Translations under genes and position numbers: made by a program
Assembly: GCA_963804995.1 (NCBI GenBank)
Contig: CAWDSK010000009.1
Coordinates: forward strand, 1 to 64,000
DNA: 64,000 nt
DNA from: an uncultured Acidobacteriota bacterium
GTDB lineage: Bacteria > Acidobacteriota > Terriglobia > UBA7540
Reading direction: 5' to 3'
In this document: positions 52,513 to 64,000 of the stretch, piece by piece
Layout: every line of letters begins with the position of its first letter
Position numbering within the stretch: the first letter of the stretch is position 1
Notes under the pieces: model-generated
Told to the model about the DNA's origin: nothing
Database searches by the model: none
Seen by the model: the letters and a program-made list of their open reading frames with translations, nothing else

Positions 52513-52741
52513 GACGCGGCTAAGTCGGCTCAGTCGGTCAGGTTAGCTGTCATCCCTGCCTCCTTCTGGGATCGAGCCCTCGATTCAGCCTCGACCGCCC
52601 TGCGCCGCGGTGAAGCCTGCTACAACATCCGTTGTTGAGACCGCGGGCCGTCGTTGTTATGATGTGGCTGCCTGTTCCGGACTTGACGCTCCGGGCAGTC
52701 ACCGCGTTACGAACGCGGCGAGACTATCACGAGGAGATACG

Positions 52742-53695
52742 ATGGCAGATCATTGGACTCGAAGGGAGTTTGGGATGGCGCTCGGTGCGCTGAGCGCAGG
52801 CGCGATGCTGGGCGGCGCAGCGCCGGGAAAGGAATCCTTGCCGTTCAAATTAGGTGTCATCACGGATGAAATAACTCAGGATCTCAACAAGGCCCTCGAC
52901 TTTATTGGCAGCTACTCGCTTTCATATTGTGAACTGCGCGAAATTTGGGGCAGGAATCTCATGTCCCTTCCCCAGGCTGACCTGGACCGCGCCAAACAGA
53001 CAATCGACAAGCACCAGATGCACGTCGCAGAAATCGCTTCGCCCCTCTTCAAATACAATCTGCCGGAAATGCCGGCCAAGGGGTCTGAGAAGCGCGACAC
53101 GTTCATGGCCAGTTACACGGATCAGGATACCGAGGGATTGCTGAAGAAGGCCTTCCAGCTTGCGCATTTCTTCGGGACGTCCAAGGTGCGAATTTTCAGC
53201 TATTGGCGCGTCGAAGAACCGGAGAAAGCTTTCCCCCACATTCGCACCCGCCTGGCAAAGGCCGCGGCCATGGCAGCGGAGAACAAGATCACGTTACTGC
53301 TCGAAAACGAACCAACCTGCAATGTCGCCACAGGCAAAGAATTGGGGCGCATGGTTCGCGAGGTCAACTCGCCTGCCCTGCGCGCCATGTGGGATCCCGC
53401 CAACGCCGTGGTTACGGGAGAAGTGCCGTATCCCGACGGTTACCAACACATCCGGGGTCTTTACCAGCACGTGCATGCCAAGGATGTGAAAATGGGTCCT
53501 AAGGCCGGTGATTTTCATTGGCTGCCGGTCGGCGGCGGCGTGGTCGACTGGCATGGACAGTGCCAAGCTCTGATCAAGGACGGCTACCACGGGACGATGT
53601 CACTGGAAACCCATTACCGCCGGCCGGACGGGAATGCTGTCGAGAGCTCGCGCGAGTCGCTGGAAGGGTTGTTGAAGGTTTTGAAGAACGTTTAG
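52742..53695 (+). CDS. Tat-exported sugar phosphate isomerase/epimerase (TIM barrel)
   Basis: TRREF twin-arginine signal; ITDEI, LENE, WDPAN, HVHAKD and SLETH motifs. Confidence 0.88.
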   Translation: MADHWTRREFGMALGALSAGAMLGGAAPGKESLPFKLGVITDEITQDLNKALDFIGSYSLSYCELREIWGRNLMSLPQADLDRAKQTIDKHQMHVAEIASPLFKYNLPEMPAKGSEKRDTFMASYTDQDTEGLLKKAFQLAHFFGTSKVRIFSYWRVEEPEKAFPHIRTRLAKAAAMAAENKITLLLENEPTCNVATGKELGRMVREVNSPALRAMWDPANAVVTGEVPYPDGYQHIRGLYQHVHAKDVKMGPKAGDFHWLPVGGGVVDWHGQCQALIKDGYHGTMSLETHYRRPDGNAVESSRESLEGLLKVLKNV

Positions 53696-53828
53696 ACGTC
53701 AGAAGCCAGGAGACAGTAGATGGCAAACTGCAGCCGGTAACCAGGCGCGAGGTCAAGACCGTCTTTCTGTACCGAGTCCTTGTAGACAACACACCGCCTA
53801 CTGGCTCCTGGCTCCACCTACCACCTCA

Positions 53829-55004
53829 ATGTTCTCATCCCGCACCGGCTGGCCACTTACTCCGAACCGCCTCTCCAAACTCATCGAGGAGCGCCGCTCG
53901 AGCGGCCTGCCATGGCTCGACCTGACGGAATCAAATCCCACGCGCTGCGGTTTCGTGTTCGACGCAGAAGCCATTCTTGCTCCCCTTCACGATGCCCGCG
54001 CGCTCACCTATGAGCCTGACCCGCACGGCCCGCGCGTGGCCAGGGAAGCGGTGGCAGAATACTATTCTGAGCGCGGAGTCCAGCTTCACCCCGACCAGAT
54101 TTTTCTTACCTCCAGCACTAGTGAAGCGTACTCCTTCGTCTTCCGTCTCCTCGCGAACCCGGGCGACAGAATTCTTGCTCCCCAACCGAGTTATCCGCTT
54201 TTCGATTTCCTGGGCGGGCTGAATGACGTGGAAGTTCTCCCCTACCCGCTGGTTTACCACCAAGGCTGGCAATTGGATCTGGAAGCTCTGGTGACGCGAG
54301 CGGAGTCACGCCCTCGCGCGGTGCTGGTGGTCCACCCTAATAACCCCACAGGTTCGTATGTCCAAAGGGCCGAGCTTAAGCAGATCATTGAAACCTGCGG
54401 CCACTCGCAGGCAGCCCTCATCGCCGATGAAGTCTTCGCCGATTATGCCTTCACCTCCGATCCCGATCGAGTCCGGAGCCACGCGCAGGTCTCCGATGGG
54501 CTCACCTTCACTTTCAGCGGGCTGTCCAAAATCTCCGCTTTGCCGCAGATGAAGCTGGCCTGGATTGTGGTGAGCGGGCCGCCGGATCTTCGCGCCGACG
54601 CACAAGCGCGCCTGGAAGTGATCGCGGACACTTACCTATCGGTCAGCACGCCCATTGCGCTTGCCGCGCCCCGGTGGCTCGCCTATCGGCGCGAGATTCA
54701 GCCCCAGATTCTGGAACGGGTGAAATCAAATCTGCGGCAGCTCGATGCCCTTCTATCTCCGCGCTTGCCCGTGAGCCGGCTTCAGGTGGAAGGTGGTTGG
54801 TATGCGATCCTGCGGATTCCTTCGACGCGTAGCGACGGAGATTGGGTGGTAGAACTACTCACCCAGGAAGGTGTGCTGGTACATCCTGGACACTTTTATG
54901 ATTTCCCCTCGGATGGTTTTCTCGTCCTGAGCCTGCTGCCCCCTCTGGAGACCTTTGCGGAAGCCCTTCGCAAGACCATCGCGCACATTTGCTCTCGGAG
55001 CTGA
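53829..55004 (+). CDS. PLP-dependent aminotransferase class I/II
   Basis: HPNNPTG, DEVF and SGLSK motifs. Confidence 0.9.
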   Translation: MFSSRTGWPLTPNRLSKLIEERRSSGLPWLDLTESNPTRCGFVFDAEAILAPLHDARALTYEPDPHGPRVAREAVAEYYSERGVQLHPDQIFLTSSTSEAYSFVFRLLANPGDRILAPQPSYPLFDFLGGLNDVEVLPYPLVYHQGWQLDLEALVTRAESRPRAVLVVHPNNPTGSYVQRAELKQIIETCGHSQAALIADEVFADYAFTSDPDRVRSHAQVSDGLTFTFSGLSKISALPQMKLAWIVVSGPPDLRADAQARLEVIADTYLSVSTPIALAAPRWLAYRREIQPQILERVKSNLRQLDALLSPRLPVSRLQVEGGWYAILRIPSTRSDGDWVVELLTQEGVLVHPGHFYDFPSDGFLVLSLLPPLETFAEALRKTIAHICSRS

Positions 55005-55070
55005 ACCTGATAGCAACGTTCCGCATGCGCCATCCCGCCTAAGGGCTTTCGGGCAGGGTGTTCTTCCGCA

Positions 55071-57125
55071 CTAAAACGAACCCTTCCCCGCCGCTTCCAC
55101 AAGTTTGCGAACCGGCGCCACAATCATCAGCAGGAGTTCCGCGCGAGGTTTGGCTGCCAAGCCCAGCAAAACGAGTTGGTCCTTGACCCAGGATTCCGGG
55201 GCGGGCTTGCCGGCGTCGAGATAATCCAACGCCTCCAGCCCGGCGCGCGCCACGGCCGACAGGTCTTCGGCCAAGGGAATATCTTCCCGCAAGAGTGCGG
55301 ACTGCTCAAGCAGGGGTAGCAGCGCCTCACGACTGTCGCGCCATGCGATGAGTTGCCTGCGGACCGCATCTTTATACGCGCTGAGGTGATCCACACTAAC
55401 GGCAAAGACCCGCGCCTTCTCAGAATACGGGGGCACACTGTCAACCAGGCGATTAAGTGGAGTAAAACTGGTATAAGGTTGAGCGTGCGCGCGTCCATAT
55501 CGCTTGACAGGTTCTACGACGCCGGCCAGCGTTTCAAGCGCCTGGGATGATTGCCCCCCTCCCAGGCGCGCGCGCATCAAGGAGAGATGGGTATGATGCG
55601 TCACGCCCACCCAATCGAGTTCGCGGTCGATGACGGCGAGCCGCTGATACAGGGAATCGACGTCCTTCACTTGCTGGGGAGACCAATACCTTTCGGCAAT
55701 AGCCGCGGTGGTGGGCCAGATCCGCGAGTCAATAGTTTCCGAGGTCACGATCTCGCTCCACATACACGCTTCCCCACCCAAAATGTGAGAGGCGTGTTCG
55801 GGCGTCAGGGAGGCAGCCGCGCCTTCCAGGGGATCGACCAGGTAATAGTCCGCGGGCGATAACGCGTAATCGAGGTAATAGCCGTGGGAAAGAATGCTCA
55901 TGTATCCCAGTTGCGCGGCCTTGGCCAGGGACTCCGCCCCGCGCCAGGAGTGCACAACAATGTCCTGCGGAAGGTCGGAGTGAAATATTTCGTCCCACCC
56001 GATCATTTTCTTGCCGTGCTTCTGAACAATCGGCAGCAGGCGCCCATTGAAGTAAAGCTGCAGGTCAGCGTTATTTTTCATCTCGTGGTTTTTCTTGAAC
56101 GCCACGATTTCAGGATTCCTGTTCCACTGTTTCCCGTTGACCTCGTCACCGCCCACGTGCAGGTACTCATCGGGAAAGAGCGCGGCGACCTCACCCAGCA
56201 AACCATCAAGAAAGGTGTAGATTTCATCGCGGGTGGGATCGAGAGTGGGATCGAAAATTCCCCACTTGCGTTCGATCTGATAGGGGCCGGGGGAGCTTGC
56301 GAGCTCTGGGTACCCCACGTACCAACTCGTGGTGTGGCCGGGCATATCAAATTCCGGGATGACGCGAATCCCGCGGTCGCGTGCGTAGGCGATCAGGCCG
56401 GTCATCTGAGCCTGTGTGAAGTAGTGACCGTCTGAGCCCATTTCCTGAAGCTTGGGATACTTCTTGCTCTCCAGGCGAAACCCCTGATCGTCGCTGAGGT
56501 GAAGATGCAAAACATTAAGCTTCACCGCAGCCATGGCATCAAGGTTGCGCTTCAACACCTCTGCGGGCATCCAGTGACGAGCCACGTCAATCATCAAGCC
56601 GCGCCAGGGAAAGCGCGGGTGGTCCACGATGCGCAGCGCCGGCGCGCCGAACCCTTGGGAATCGAGATCGACCAGTTGCAGAAAAGTTTCAATTCCGCGC
56701 AGCACACCGACGGGGGTGGGAGCTGTAAGGCGCGCCAATTGTGTTGTCACCTCGAGTTGATAGGATTCCTCTTCCCTCACCGATTGGATTTTCTCCCCCT
56801 CGTGATCGCAGTGAATCGAGAGCGTCGCTTTGGCAGGGTCCGTTTCGAGCGCGTCGCTCATGGGAATGCCAGTCCGCTGGGAGAGACGCTCGATCAATCG
56901 CGCCGCAGCCGCCTCCAGACGCGGCTCGCGGTATCCCTCGAGGGCCACGCGGAAATTGCCGTCGATTACGAGCCGGCCCGAACCCGGCGTCAATTCCGCC
57001 GGTTGCGGCATCAGGTTAGTGCTTTGAGCTTGAGCGGGAGGAATGCCCAGCACTGCAAACAGAATGAATCCAACCAAGAAAATCACGTCCTTCATCCTCA
57101 CCTCAGTCCAATGATCTGGTTTCAT
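55071..57125 (-). CDS. Beta-N-acetylhexosaminidase (GH20)
   Basis: RGLMIDVARH, HLSDDQG, EFDMPGH, HVGGDE and GGEACMW motifs. Confidence 0.93.
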   Translation of the reverse strand: MKPDHWTEVRMKDVIFLVGFILFAVLGIPPAQAQSTNLMPQPAELTPGSGRLVIDGNFRVALEGYREPRLEAAAARLIERLSQRTGIPMSDALETDPAKATLSIHCDHEGEKIQSVREEESYQLEVTTQLARLTAPTPVGVLRGIETFLQLVDLDSQGFGAPALRIVDHPRFPWRGLMIDVARHWMPAEVLKRNLDAMAAVKLNVLHLHLSDDQGFRLESKKYPKLQEMGSDGHYFTQAQMTGLIAYARDRGIRVIPEFDMPGHTTSWYVGYPELASSPGPYQIERKWGIFDPTLDPTRDEIYTFLDGLLGEVAALFPDEYLHVGGDEVNGKQWNRNPEIVAFKKNHEMKNNADLQLYFNGRLLPIVQKHGKKMIGWDEIFHSDLPQDIVVHSWRGAESLAKAAQLGYMSILSHGYYLDYALSPADYYLVDPLEGAAASLTPEHASHILGGEACMWSEIVTSETIDSRIWPTTAAIAERYWSPQQVKDVDSLYQRLAVIDRELDWVGVTHHTHLSLMRARLGGGQSSQALETLAGVVEPVKRYGRAHAQPYTSFTPLNRLVDSVPPYSEKARVFAVSVDHLSAYKDAVRRQLIAWRDSREALLPLLEQSALLREDIPLAEDLSAVARAGLEALDYLDAGKPAPESWVKDQLVLLGLAAKPRAELLLMIVAPVRKLVEAAGKGSF

Positions 57126-57478
57126 TTGGCTGCCGATAAATGTCTTGTCGCGCTAACCCCGGCGACTGGCAGCCATAACGCAGGCAAGACGATAGATGAA
57201 CCGGCCCGCATTTGCAACCGCGGCGGCGAACCTTCGGGTCGAAGCGCTCCGTCACAATCCGGCAATGCTGGAACAAAAGATGCTTAGCCCTCTCCGAGGG
57301 GAGAGGGTGGACCGCCGCCGGCGTTTTCATCAGCCGGGGCGGGACGGGTGAGGGGTCACTTCGCGACTGAAGCACGCATGGCCCTGGGTTTAAGCGGCAC
57401 CCGCGACCTTGGCAGAGCACTGCCTCAATATGATTGCAGCGCGCCAAACAAGCGAGTAGTCTGTAGGTCTGGGAAGAT

Positions 57479-57751
57479 ATGGCCAGAGGCTGGGAAAGCA
57501 AATCGGTGGAATTGCAGATTGAATCCTCGCGGTCCGAGCGCGGGGAACCCCGCAAGAATCAACTCACTCTTGAAATGGCCGAGGCGCGCCGTAAGAAGGA
57601 ATCGTTGCTTCTGGCCCGGACCCACGTGCTACAGCAGATCGAGGCCAGCCAAAACCCCCGCCATCGTGCCATGCTGGAAACCGCCCTCGCTGACCTGGAA
57701 AAGCAAATTGCGAGGCTGGGCGTACCCGCTCAATCACCGGACAGCAGGTAG
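57479..57751 (+). CDS. Small hypothetical coiled-coil protein
   Basis: MARGWESKSVELQIE...ALADLEKQI; coding-like and helical. Confidence 0.65.
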   Translation: MARGWESKSVELQIESSRSERGEPRKNQLTLEMAEARRKKESLLLARTHVLQQIEASQNPRHRAMLETALADLEKQIARLGVPAQSPDSR

Positions 57752-57849
57752 CCACGGTCAGTGCATTTCTGACCGTGGGTTCTTCAGTCGTGCAAGCCTT
57801 CAGCTCTCAGCTTTCAGCTACCGCAGGTAGCGCAGCGCGGGCATGTTTC

Positions 57850-58503
57850 GTAGTGCGGTCCCCCGGTTTTGGGGTCCGCGGTTCTTGGTTTGAAAAATTC
57901 GCAAAACCCGCCAATACGTGCGGCCACATTCGCTCAGAGGGCAGACGAAGAGCCGCCCCGATGCATCGGGGCGCTACGAGGTTTGCAGCCTCTGCATAGT
58001 TAGCATCATGCGTAGCGCGGTCCCCCGGTTTTGGGGTCCGCGGTACTTGGTTTGAAAAATTCGCAAAACCCCTCAATACGTGCGGCCACATTCGCTCAGA
58101 GGGCAGACGAAGAGCCGCAGACCTCAACAACGGAGGTCTGCGCTACGAGGTTTGCAGCCTCTGCATAGTTAGCATCATGCGTAGCGCGGTCCCCCGGTTT
58201 TGGGGTCCGCGGTTCTTGGTTTGAAAAATTCGCAAAACCCGCCAATACGTGCGGCCACATTCGCTCAGAGGGCAGACGAAGAGCCGCAGACCTCAACAAC
58301 GGAGGTCTGCGCTACGAGGTTTGCAGCCTCTGCATAGTTAGCATCATGCGTAGCGCGGTCCCCCACTTTTGGGGTCCGCGGTTCTTTGTTTGGAAAACCA
58401 GTAAATCTCCCCCACGAGCGGGTGCGCCACGACTGCTTCTTCCGAACGATACCTTCACTCCATTGACGCACGAAGAACCGCCTCGATGCATCGGGGCGCT
58501 ACG
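57850..58503. repeat. Tandem array of GTAG-REP doublets (169-bp period)
   Basis: Units start at 57850, 58012, 58181 and 58350; near-identical. Confidence 0.92.
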
Positions 58504-58564
58504 CCCTTACCCCGTCAGACTTCGTCTTTCGGGCAATACACGATCGACAATCGAAAATCGCCAA

Positions 58565-61258
58565 TCATTCATACCGCAGCGCCACCATGGGATCGACCTT
58601 GGTCGCCCGGCGGGCAGGAAGGTACGCCGCAAGTAGCGTGATCCCGACCACAATTGTTGTTGCGACTGTGAGCGAGATGGGATCGGCGGGCGAGAGGTCA
58701 AACAGCATCTTAGAAACCAGCCGCGACGCACCGAGGGCAACTGGCAGGCCTATGGTCAACCCGATTGCGATCAAGCGCAGCGAGTCTGAGAGGACGAGAC
58801 GCAAAATGCCACTCGGTTCCGCTCCCAGAGCCATGCGCACACCGATCTCGGATGTACGGCCGGCCACCGAATACGACATCAGCCCGTAGAGTCCAATGGC
58901 CACCAAAAGCAGCGCCAGACCGCCGAAAACATCTGAGAGCAACGCTAGAACGCGATCGTATACGAGTGAGTTACTCACAGACTGCGCTAGGGTTTCAGAG
59001 TAGAAGACGTACTCCTGTCCGGAGGCTTCGATCCGCCGACGCGCGACCTCGAGAACCGCCCTCGGATCTCCGTACGTTTTGATTTCAACGTAGGCAGTCA
59101 TGGGATTTGATTGTTGGAAGAAACACAAATAGAACGCCAACGGTCTATGATTTCGAACATAGAAGAGATTGGCATCATTGACCACTCCGACAATTTGAAG
59201 GCGCTGGTTACTGGTTTCGGATGTCACCGTGATCGATTGGCCAACGGCATCGCCTGTGGGAAAGAATCGCTGGGCAAGACTTCGGCTGACGATCACGACT
59301 GCGGGTGCATGCTGGTCATCATGAAAACTGAAGTCGCGCCCCTGAAGCACGCGAATACCCATAGTGCGGAAAAAGTTCGGCGAGATTGAGTGCGCATCCG
59401 CGTCAACGCGGCTGTCCATAGGGTTCACCCCCGAGCCTCGGGAGACCGGCTTTGTCCACTTGACGCTCACCCGCCAGATCGGCTCAAGTTTGGACAGGCC
59501 GACGGATCGGACACCCGGTAGACGACCCAGTTCGTCGATTAAAGTGCGGTAGTAGGTGGCACCATCGAAGTCTTTGTAGCGTCCGGGCTTTGGTTGGAGC
59601 CAGAGACCTAGAACTTTGCCAGGTTCAAAGCCCAGATCGAGCGAACGGAGCCTCGCCAGATTCCTGGTGAAAAGGCTTGCACCCATCATGAGCACTAGCG
59701 ACAACCCCACTTGAGCCCCTATCAGCATCTTGCCAGCTTTCCAGGCCCCACTACCTCTACTGGACAATCCCGCGGGGTGCCGTATGAGGTGGGCTGGGTC
59801 CTGCTGCCGCGCCACCCAAGCTGGCAAAAGGCTGAACAGGCTGCCCGTGAGACACGCCACCACACCCGTAAACAACAGGATTCGCCAATCGGGTCTGAGG
59901 TTAAGGGCAACGGGAAAGAGGCCGGTCCAGACGAAGCGGACCAACACGCCGCTTGCTCCATAGGCAAGTGGCAAACCCAAGATAGCGCCACCCATCGACA
60001 ACATAGCGCCCTCGGTCATGACTTGCCGTGTGAGCCGCCACCGCGTGGCTCCCAGGGCGACCCGGATGCCCATCTCGTGCAGCCGGTTGGCTGCCCGCGC
60101 CACCAGAAGACTGGCCAGGTTCACACAGGCAATGAGAAGAAGCAGTCCGGCACCGGCCATCAACACCCAAAGGGGCCGCTCAAACTGCAACAGCGACGTG
60201 GAGAGGACTCCAGCCGCCGCCGGTTCAACCTGGATGCGCTGCCTCAAGAACTGCTCTCTTTGCTCGCCATTCAACTGCGCGGGAATTGCCGATTGCAGAA
60301 TCGCCGGCCACAGCGCTTCCATCCCGATACGGGCCTTTGCCACACTCACACCGGGTTGGAGCCGGGCGATAAGCCAATAACCCTGGTCTTGGCGGTTCCA
60401 GAGCATTTCCTCAGTCATCAGTGGCGGACCGAGCGGAACCCAAACATCGAAGGATACCCCCACCATCGGGCCGAAGAAGGCCCTTGGGGTGACCCCGACG
60501 ATTGTGTAGGGATGACCGTTGATCTTCAGTGTCTTGCCCAGCACATCGGGGCTCCCACCGTAACGGACTTGCCAGAAGCCATAGCTAATCACCACCGAAT
60601 TCCCAGATGTTGCTGCCCCAGATTTGAAATCTTCCGGGCCGAACAGGCGACCCATCAAAGGTCGAGTGCGAAGAGTCTGAAAGTACTCTGGGGCTACCTC
60701 GCTGACGGCGCCGGGCGCGGACTCCCCGTTGACCTCGAGTGGCACGACAGGACCACTCCACGCAGACACGCTGGAGAACACCTTTGACTCACCGGCGATT
60801 TCAGTGGCCATCGCATACGAGAACAAGCCGCGCTGGTGATTGGGAACGACCGTCCACAACTCAACCAGTTCACCTGGGTTTGACACGGGTAGCGGCCGCA
60901 ATAGCAAAGCGTTAATCAGTCCGAAAATGGCCGCGTTGGCGCCGATGCCGAGCGCGAGCGTCAGCACGGCAACCGCCGTGAAGCCGGGGTTCTTGCGCAA
61001 CTGGCGCACGCCGAAGCGCAAGTCCTGCCAGAGCGTTTCTGCCCAATTCCAGCCCCACATCTCCCTGCTTCTCTCTTGCGCCAAGGTCACGTTGCCGAAC
61101 CGGCGCAACGCGGCATAGTGGGCTTCCTCGGGCGGCATGCCGGATTCCAGGTTCTCCTGCTCCTCCATTTCGAGATGCGAGCGAATCTCTTCCGCGAGAT
61201 CGTCCACCGGCTTCCGAAACAGCGCCCCGAGTTTGGAAAGCTTCCGACGCCAGGTCAT
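58565..61258 (-). CDS. ADOP-type duplicated ABC permease (MacB/FtsX domains)
   Basis: [46 protein letters not shown] and DPMVALRYE motifs. Confidence 0.93.
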   Translation of the reverse strand: MTWRRKLSKLGALFRKPVDDLAEEIRSHLEMEEQENLESGMPPEEAHYAALRRFGNVTLAQERSREMWGWNWAETLWQDLRFGVRQLRKNPGFTAVAVLTLALGIGANAAIFGLINALLLRPLPVSNPGELVELWTVVPNHQRGLFSYAMATEIAGESKVFSSVSAWSGPVVPLEVNGESAPGAVSEVAPEYFQTLRTRPLMGRLFGPEDFKSGAATSGNSVVISYGFWQVRYGGSPDVLGKTLKINGHPYTIVGVTPRAFFGPMVGVSFDVWVPLGPPLMTEEMLWNRQDQGYWLIARLQPGVSVAKARIGMEALWPAILQSAIPAQLNGEQREQFLRQRIQVEPAAAGVLSTSLLQFERPLWVLMAGAGLLLLIACVNLASLLVARAANRLHEMGIRVALGATRWRLTRQVMTEGAMLSMGGAILGLPLAYGASGVLVRFVWTGLFPVALNLRPDWRILLFTGVVACLTGSLFSLLPAWVARQQDPAHLIRHPAGLSSRGSGAWKAGKMLIGAQVGLSLVLMMGASLFTRNLARLRSLDLGFEPGKVLGLWLQPKPGRYKDFDGATYYRTLIDELGRLPGVRSVGLSKLEPIWRVSVKWTKPVSRGSGVNPMDSRVDADAHSISPNFFRTMGIRVLQGRDFSFHDDQHAPAVVIVSRSLAQRFFPTGDAVGQSITVTSETSNQRLQIVGVVNDANLFYVRNHRPLAFYLCFFQQSNPMTAYVEIKTYGDPRAVLEVARRRIEASGQEYVFYSETLAQSVSNSLVYDRVLALLSDVFGGLALLLVAIGLYGLMSYSVAGRTSEIGVRMALGAEPSGILRLVLSDSLRLIAIGLTIGLPVALGASRLVSKMLFDLSPADPISLTVATTIVVGITLLAAYLPARRATKVDPMVALRYE

Positions 61259-61366
61259 AGTTAGCTCTCAGTCATCAGCTATCAGCTATCAGCTCTCAGC
61301 GTTCAGCTACCACCCGCCGGGTTGTTCCAAGCACGCCCCACCGAGGATGAAAATGCGCGGCGCGCT

Positions 61367-61459
61367 TTGGAGTGCGGTCGCAGCAGCTACCGCCTTCCGC
61401 CTCCTGTTCATGCGGCGACGGTGCCAGGGAAAGCGGTAGCTGCTGCGACCGCACTCCAA
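61367..61459. repeat. Inverted REP doublet inside the padR locus
   Basis: ttggagtgcggtcgcagcagctaccgc ... gcggtagctgctgcgaccgcactccaa. Confidence 0.8.
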
Positions 61460-61479
61460 AGTGCCTGCGGCACAGGTAT

Positions 61480-61602
61480 TCCCCGGACTCGGCGGGCCGC
61501 AGAATGCCCGTGCGTGGGTCCCCAGCGCAAGGTGCGCAGAATCAGCATGTCGAGCGAGCCGTAAACAAGTTCAATGCGGTCTTGGGAGGATTGCTTTGCC
61601 AT
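61480..61602 (-). pseudogene. Truncated PadR-family regulator
   Basis: MAKQSSQDRIELVYGSLDMLILRTLRWGPTHGH..., then runs into a REP; no YPAL.RLE/wing motifs seen. Confidence 0.75.
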
Positions 61603-61630
61603 AGTGGCAGGTAATCTACTACTCCGGGTG

Positions 61631-61643
61631 GTAGATTGTCTAC
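61631..61643. promoter_or_regulatory. Putative PadR operator palindrome
   Basis: GTAGA-TTG-TCTAC just upstream of padR. Confidence 0.5.
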
Positions 61644-61723
61644 TAAATAAAAGGGGTGGGCAGATTGCCGTAGAGGCGGCTTAAAGCCGCCATTGGGCGG
61701 GTAAGCTCGCGGCTACAACTTTC

Positions 61724-62125
61724 TCACTCGCTCTTGTCGAATTTAAGTGACGCGGAATTAATGCAGTAGCGGAGGTGGGTGGGCGCGGGGCCGTCCTCAA
61801 ACGCGTGCCCCAGATGCGCGTTGCACTTGGAGCACTCGACTTCGGTCCGCCGCATGCCGTAAGTGAGGTCAGTTTCCAGTTGGACATTTTCCTTTGCCAC
61901 CGGCGCATAGAAGCTCGGCCAACCGCTGCCGGAATCGAATTTGGTTTCGGAATCAAAGAGTGGGTTGCCACAGCAGACACAGCGGAACATCCCTTTTTCG
62001 TGCAGGTCCCAGTATTGGCCGGAGAAGGCACGCTCCGTACCCTTGCGGCGCGTCACCTCAAACTCCGCCGGAGTGAGGACTTGCTTCCATTCGGCTTCGG
62101 TCTTCACCACTTTTTCATCGCTCAC
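61724..62125 (-). CDS. msrB: Methionine-R-sulfoxide reductase
   Basis: GTERAF, KFDSGSGWPSF, HLGH and RYCINS motifs. Confidence 0.96.
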   Translation of the reverse strand: MSDEKVVKTEAEWKQVLTPAEFEVTRRKGTERAFSGQYWDLHEKGMFRCVCCGNPLFDSETKFDSGSGWPSFYAPVAKENVQLETDLTYGMRRTEVECSKCNAHLGHAFEDGPAPTHLRYCINSASLKFDKSE

Positions 62126-62479
62126 AATCCCCTCCCTCTGTGGGGGTCGCCGCGGCTGAAAGTTCGCCGATCTTAATCGTGGACAACCGTTCGGCCCGGG
62201 CCAGCGCCGCCCCGGCTGGAGAGTCCGCCGATCTTAATCGTGGACGACCGTTCGGCCCTGGGGCGCAGGGCGCTGGCCCCTACGTTCTTGTTGCGGCCAG
62301 AGGCCGCGCTTCGACCCAATCTGCATTTCCTTCCGGAAATTAGATTTCGCCCTAATTAAGAGATGGATTCGACGCCCAGTTGGTTGCAGATTTTTCCGGT
62401 CCGCTGCGGCCACCCTTCCTGACCCGTGGTGAGAAATCCGCGTTAGCCCTTCGAATCGTGTCACTCGTATTGAAGCAGG

Positions 62480-63601
62480 TCAGCGTGGCCCTGGGCGATC
62501 ACGCGGGTAGACCAGACTATTCGAGGCCTCCCACGAGACGTAGACCTTCTCCCCGCCTGTTTCGAGATTAGCCCGGGATTCTTCCGAAGTGTTGGAATCC
62601 CGCACCACCACGCGCTGCCCACTCGAAATCCGGACTGCCCAGCGACAACTTCCGCCTTCGTAAATGGACTCAACTAGTTCGCCCTCCAGCACATTCAATG
62701 GCGTCCCGCTGTTAGCGGGCGAAAGGTGCGTCAAGCGCAGGTTTTCGGGCCGCACGGCGAGGGTAGCTTCCTGCGGTAGGTCTCGGGAGTTGGACGCCCA
62801 AAAGGTATGCCCGGAAGCCGACTCAAAGCGCGTGCCTTGCGGGGTGTGCGCGACACACTTCACCTCGAAGAAATTCTCGACCCCCATAAATTCCGCCACG
62901 AAATGCGTGCGCGGCCGCTCATAGATTTCTTCGCCGGTCCCCACCTGTTCCAGACGCCCGCGGTTGATCACGGCGACGCGGTCGGACATCACCAGCGCTT
63001 CTTCCTGATCGTGCGTCACGAAAATGAAGGTGATGCCCAGGCGCGCCCGCAGGCGCTTCAATTCCACCTGCATTTGCTGCCGCAGTTTCTGGTCGAGCGC
63101 GCCCAGCGGCTCGTCAAGAAGCAGCACCGCCGGTTCCAGAACCAGCGCGCGCGCCAGGGCCACGCGTTGTTTTTCGCCGCCGCTTAATTGGTGAGGATAG
63201 CGGTCCTCCTTGCCGGGCAATTCCACCATCTCCAGGAGGGTGCGCACTCGCTGTTGAATTGCGGCCAGGGGCAACTTCTTTTCTTCCAGGCCGAAAGCCA
63301 CGTTGCGGAAGACGGTCAAATGCGGGAAGAGGGCGTAATGCTGAAAGACCGTGTTGACGTTGCGATGGTAAGGAGGCAGGGCGGATGCGTCGCGCCCTTC
63401 CAGCAGCACTTGCCCCGCTTGCGGCGTCTCGAATCCGGCCACCAAGCGCAGCAACGTGGTCTTGCCGCTGCCGCTCGGACCGAGCAGCGTCAGAAATTCG
63501 CCACGCCGGATGGCGAGCGAAAAATCTTCCAGGGCAGAATGCTCCCCGTAGCGCTTGCTGACGTTGCGAAGCTCAACGATGCATTCTGGCGAAGCGTCCA
63601 A
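62480..63601 (-). CDS. Polyamine-type ABC transporter ATP-binding subunit (PotA-like)
   Basis: [28 protein letters not shown] and LLDEP motifs; C-terminal TOBE-like region. Confidence 0.9.
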   Translation of the reverse strand: MDASPECIVELRNVSKRYGEHSALEDFSLAIRRGEFLTLLGPSGSGKTTLLRLVAGFETPQAGQVLLEGRDASALPPYHRNVNTVFQHYALFPHLTVFRNVAFGLEEKKLPLAAIQQRVRTLLEMVELPGKEDRYPHQLSGGEKQRVALARALVLEPAVLLLDEPLGALDQKLRQQMQVELKRLRARLGITFIFVTHDQEEALVMSDRVAVINRGRLEQVGTGEEIYERPRTHFVAEFMGVENFFEVKCVAHTPQGTRFESASGHTFWASNSRDLPQEATLAVRPENLRLTHLSPANSGTPLNVLEGELVESIYEGGSCRWAVRISSGQRVVVRDSNTSEESRANLETGGEKVYVSWEASNSLVYPRDRPGPR

Positions 63602-64000
63602 TTCTTAAACCTGTCCCGACTTCCTGGATTTGACTGATGCTAGCCCGATCTCGTTGGCTTGACAAGCACCCCTTTGCGAGTGGTAGGGCATGCTAACTGT
63701 GCTCTTCCATTAACAGGCGAACTATGCGCGCGAGGGGGCGGGGAGTTGAGGTATTCTGTCGCTAGGATGCGGGTGACAAAATGCCCAGCGGCCGCCTGGG
63801 GACGGGCGATGCAAGTAAAATACGTGGTGGGACAAGCGGGCGAAATTTGTCCCACATGTTGCTCATAGCGACCTATAGCGACCTATAGCGACCGTCGTCC
63901 CACCAAAAAACTGGGGACACCGCACGGAAATCGCTAGCGCTCAAAAATGCTTCCTGATTTGGCAAGGCCGGAAGGCGAGCAGAATCTTCAGGGCTTCAGC

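Noticed and set aside
62160..62262. Short direct duplication (cgccgatcttaatcgtggac..ccgttcggccc, two copies), and 10-mer repeats at 50209 and 63865
   Set aside because: Only two or three copies, consistent with local slippage; no further support for function.

Overview
GC-rich bacterial chromosomal window whose gene content (ADOP-type permease with padR, futalosine genes mqnA/mqnC, GH20/GH88/DUF2961 enzymes) suggests Acidobacteriota; this is inferred, not proven. Housekeeping and metabolic genes include rarA, dprA-topA, mqnCA, a galT-like gene, msrB, an MltD-like transglycosylase and a ferredoxin. The intergenic DNA is dense with REP-like palindromes, MITEs and 7/8-mer microsatellites. Highlights: (1) an unannotated non-coding array at 47.65-49.06 kb of a ~50-bp motif (GTGACAC..CCCC..TCGGTTATCGGTGGGTT-N11-ATGAG) with an exactly 11-nt variable window, plus inverted copies at 19.4 and 52.1-52.5 kb; (2) an intact group II intron inserted into a GTAG-type REP, whose putative EBS1 matches other REP copies in the window; (3) four tandem paralogous exported proteins with a variable N-domain and a conserved Ig-like plus helical C-terminus; (4) a 5.2-kb Crp/two-component block bounded by 84-bp inverted repeats and a perfect 14-bp direct repeat but lacking a transposase; (5) a padR gene truncated beside a REP doublet. 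Five genes carry single-base frameshifts, probably assembly errors. No rRNA, tRNA, CRISPR array or cas gene was recognised.
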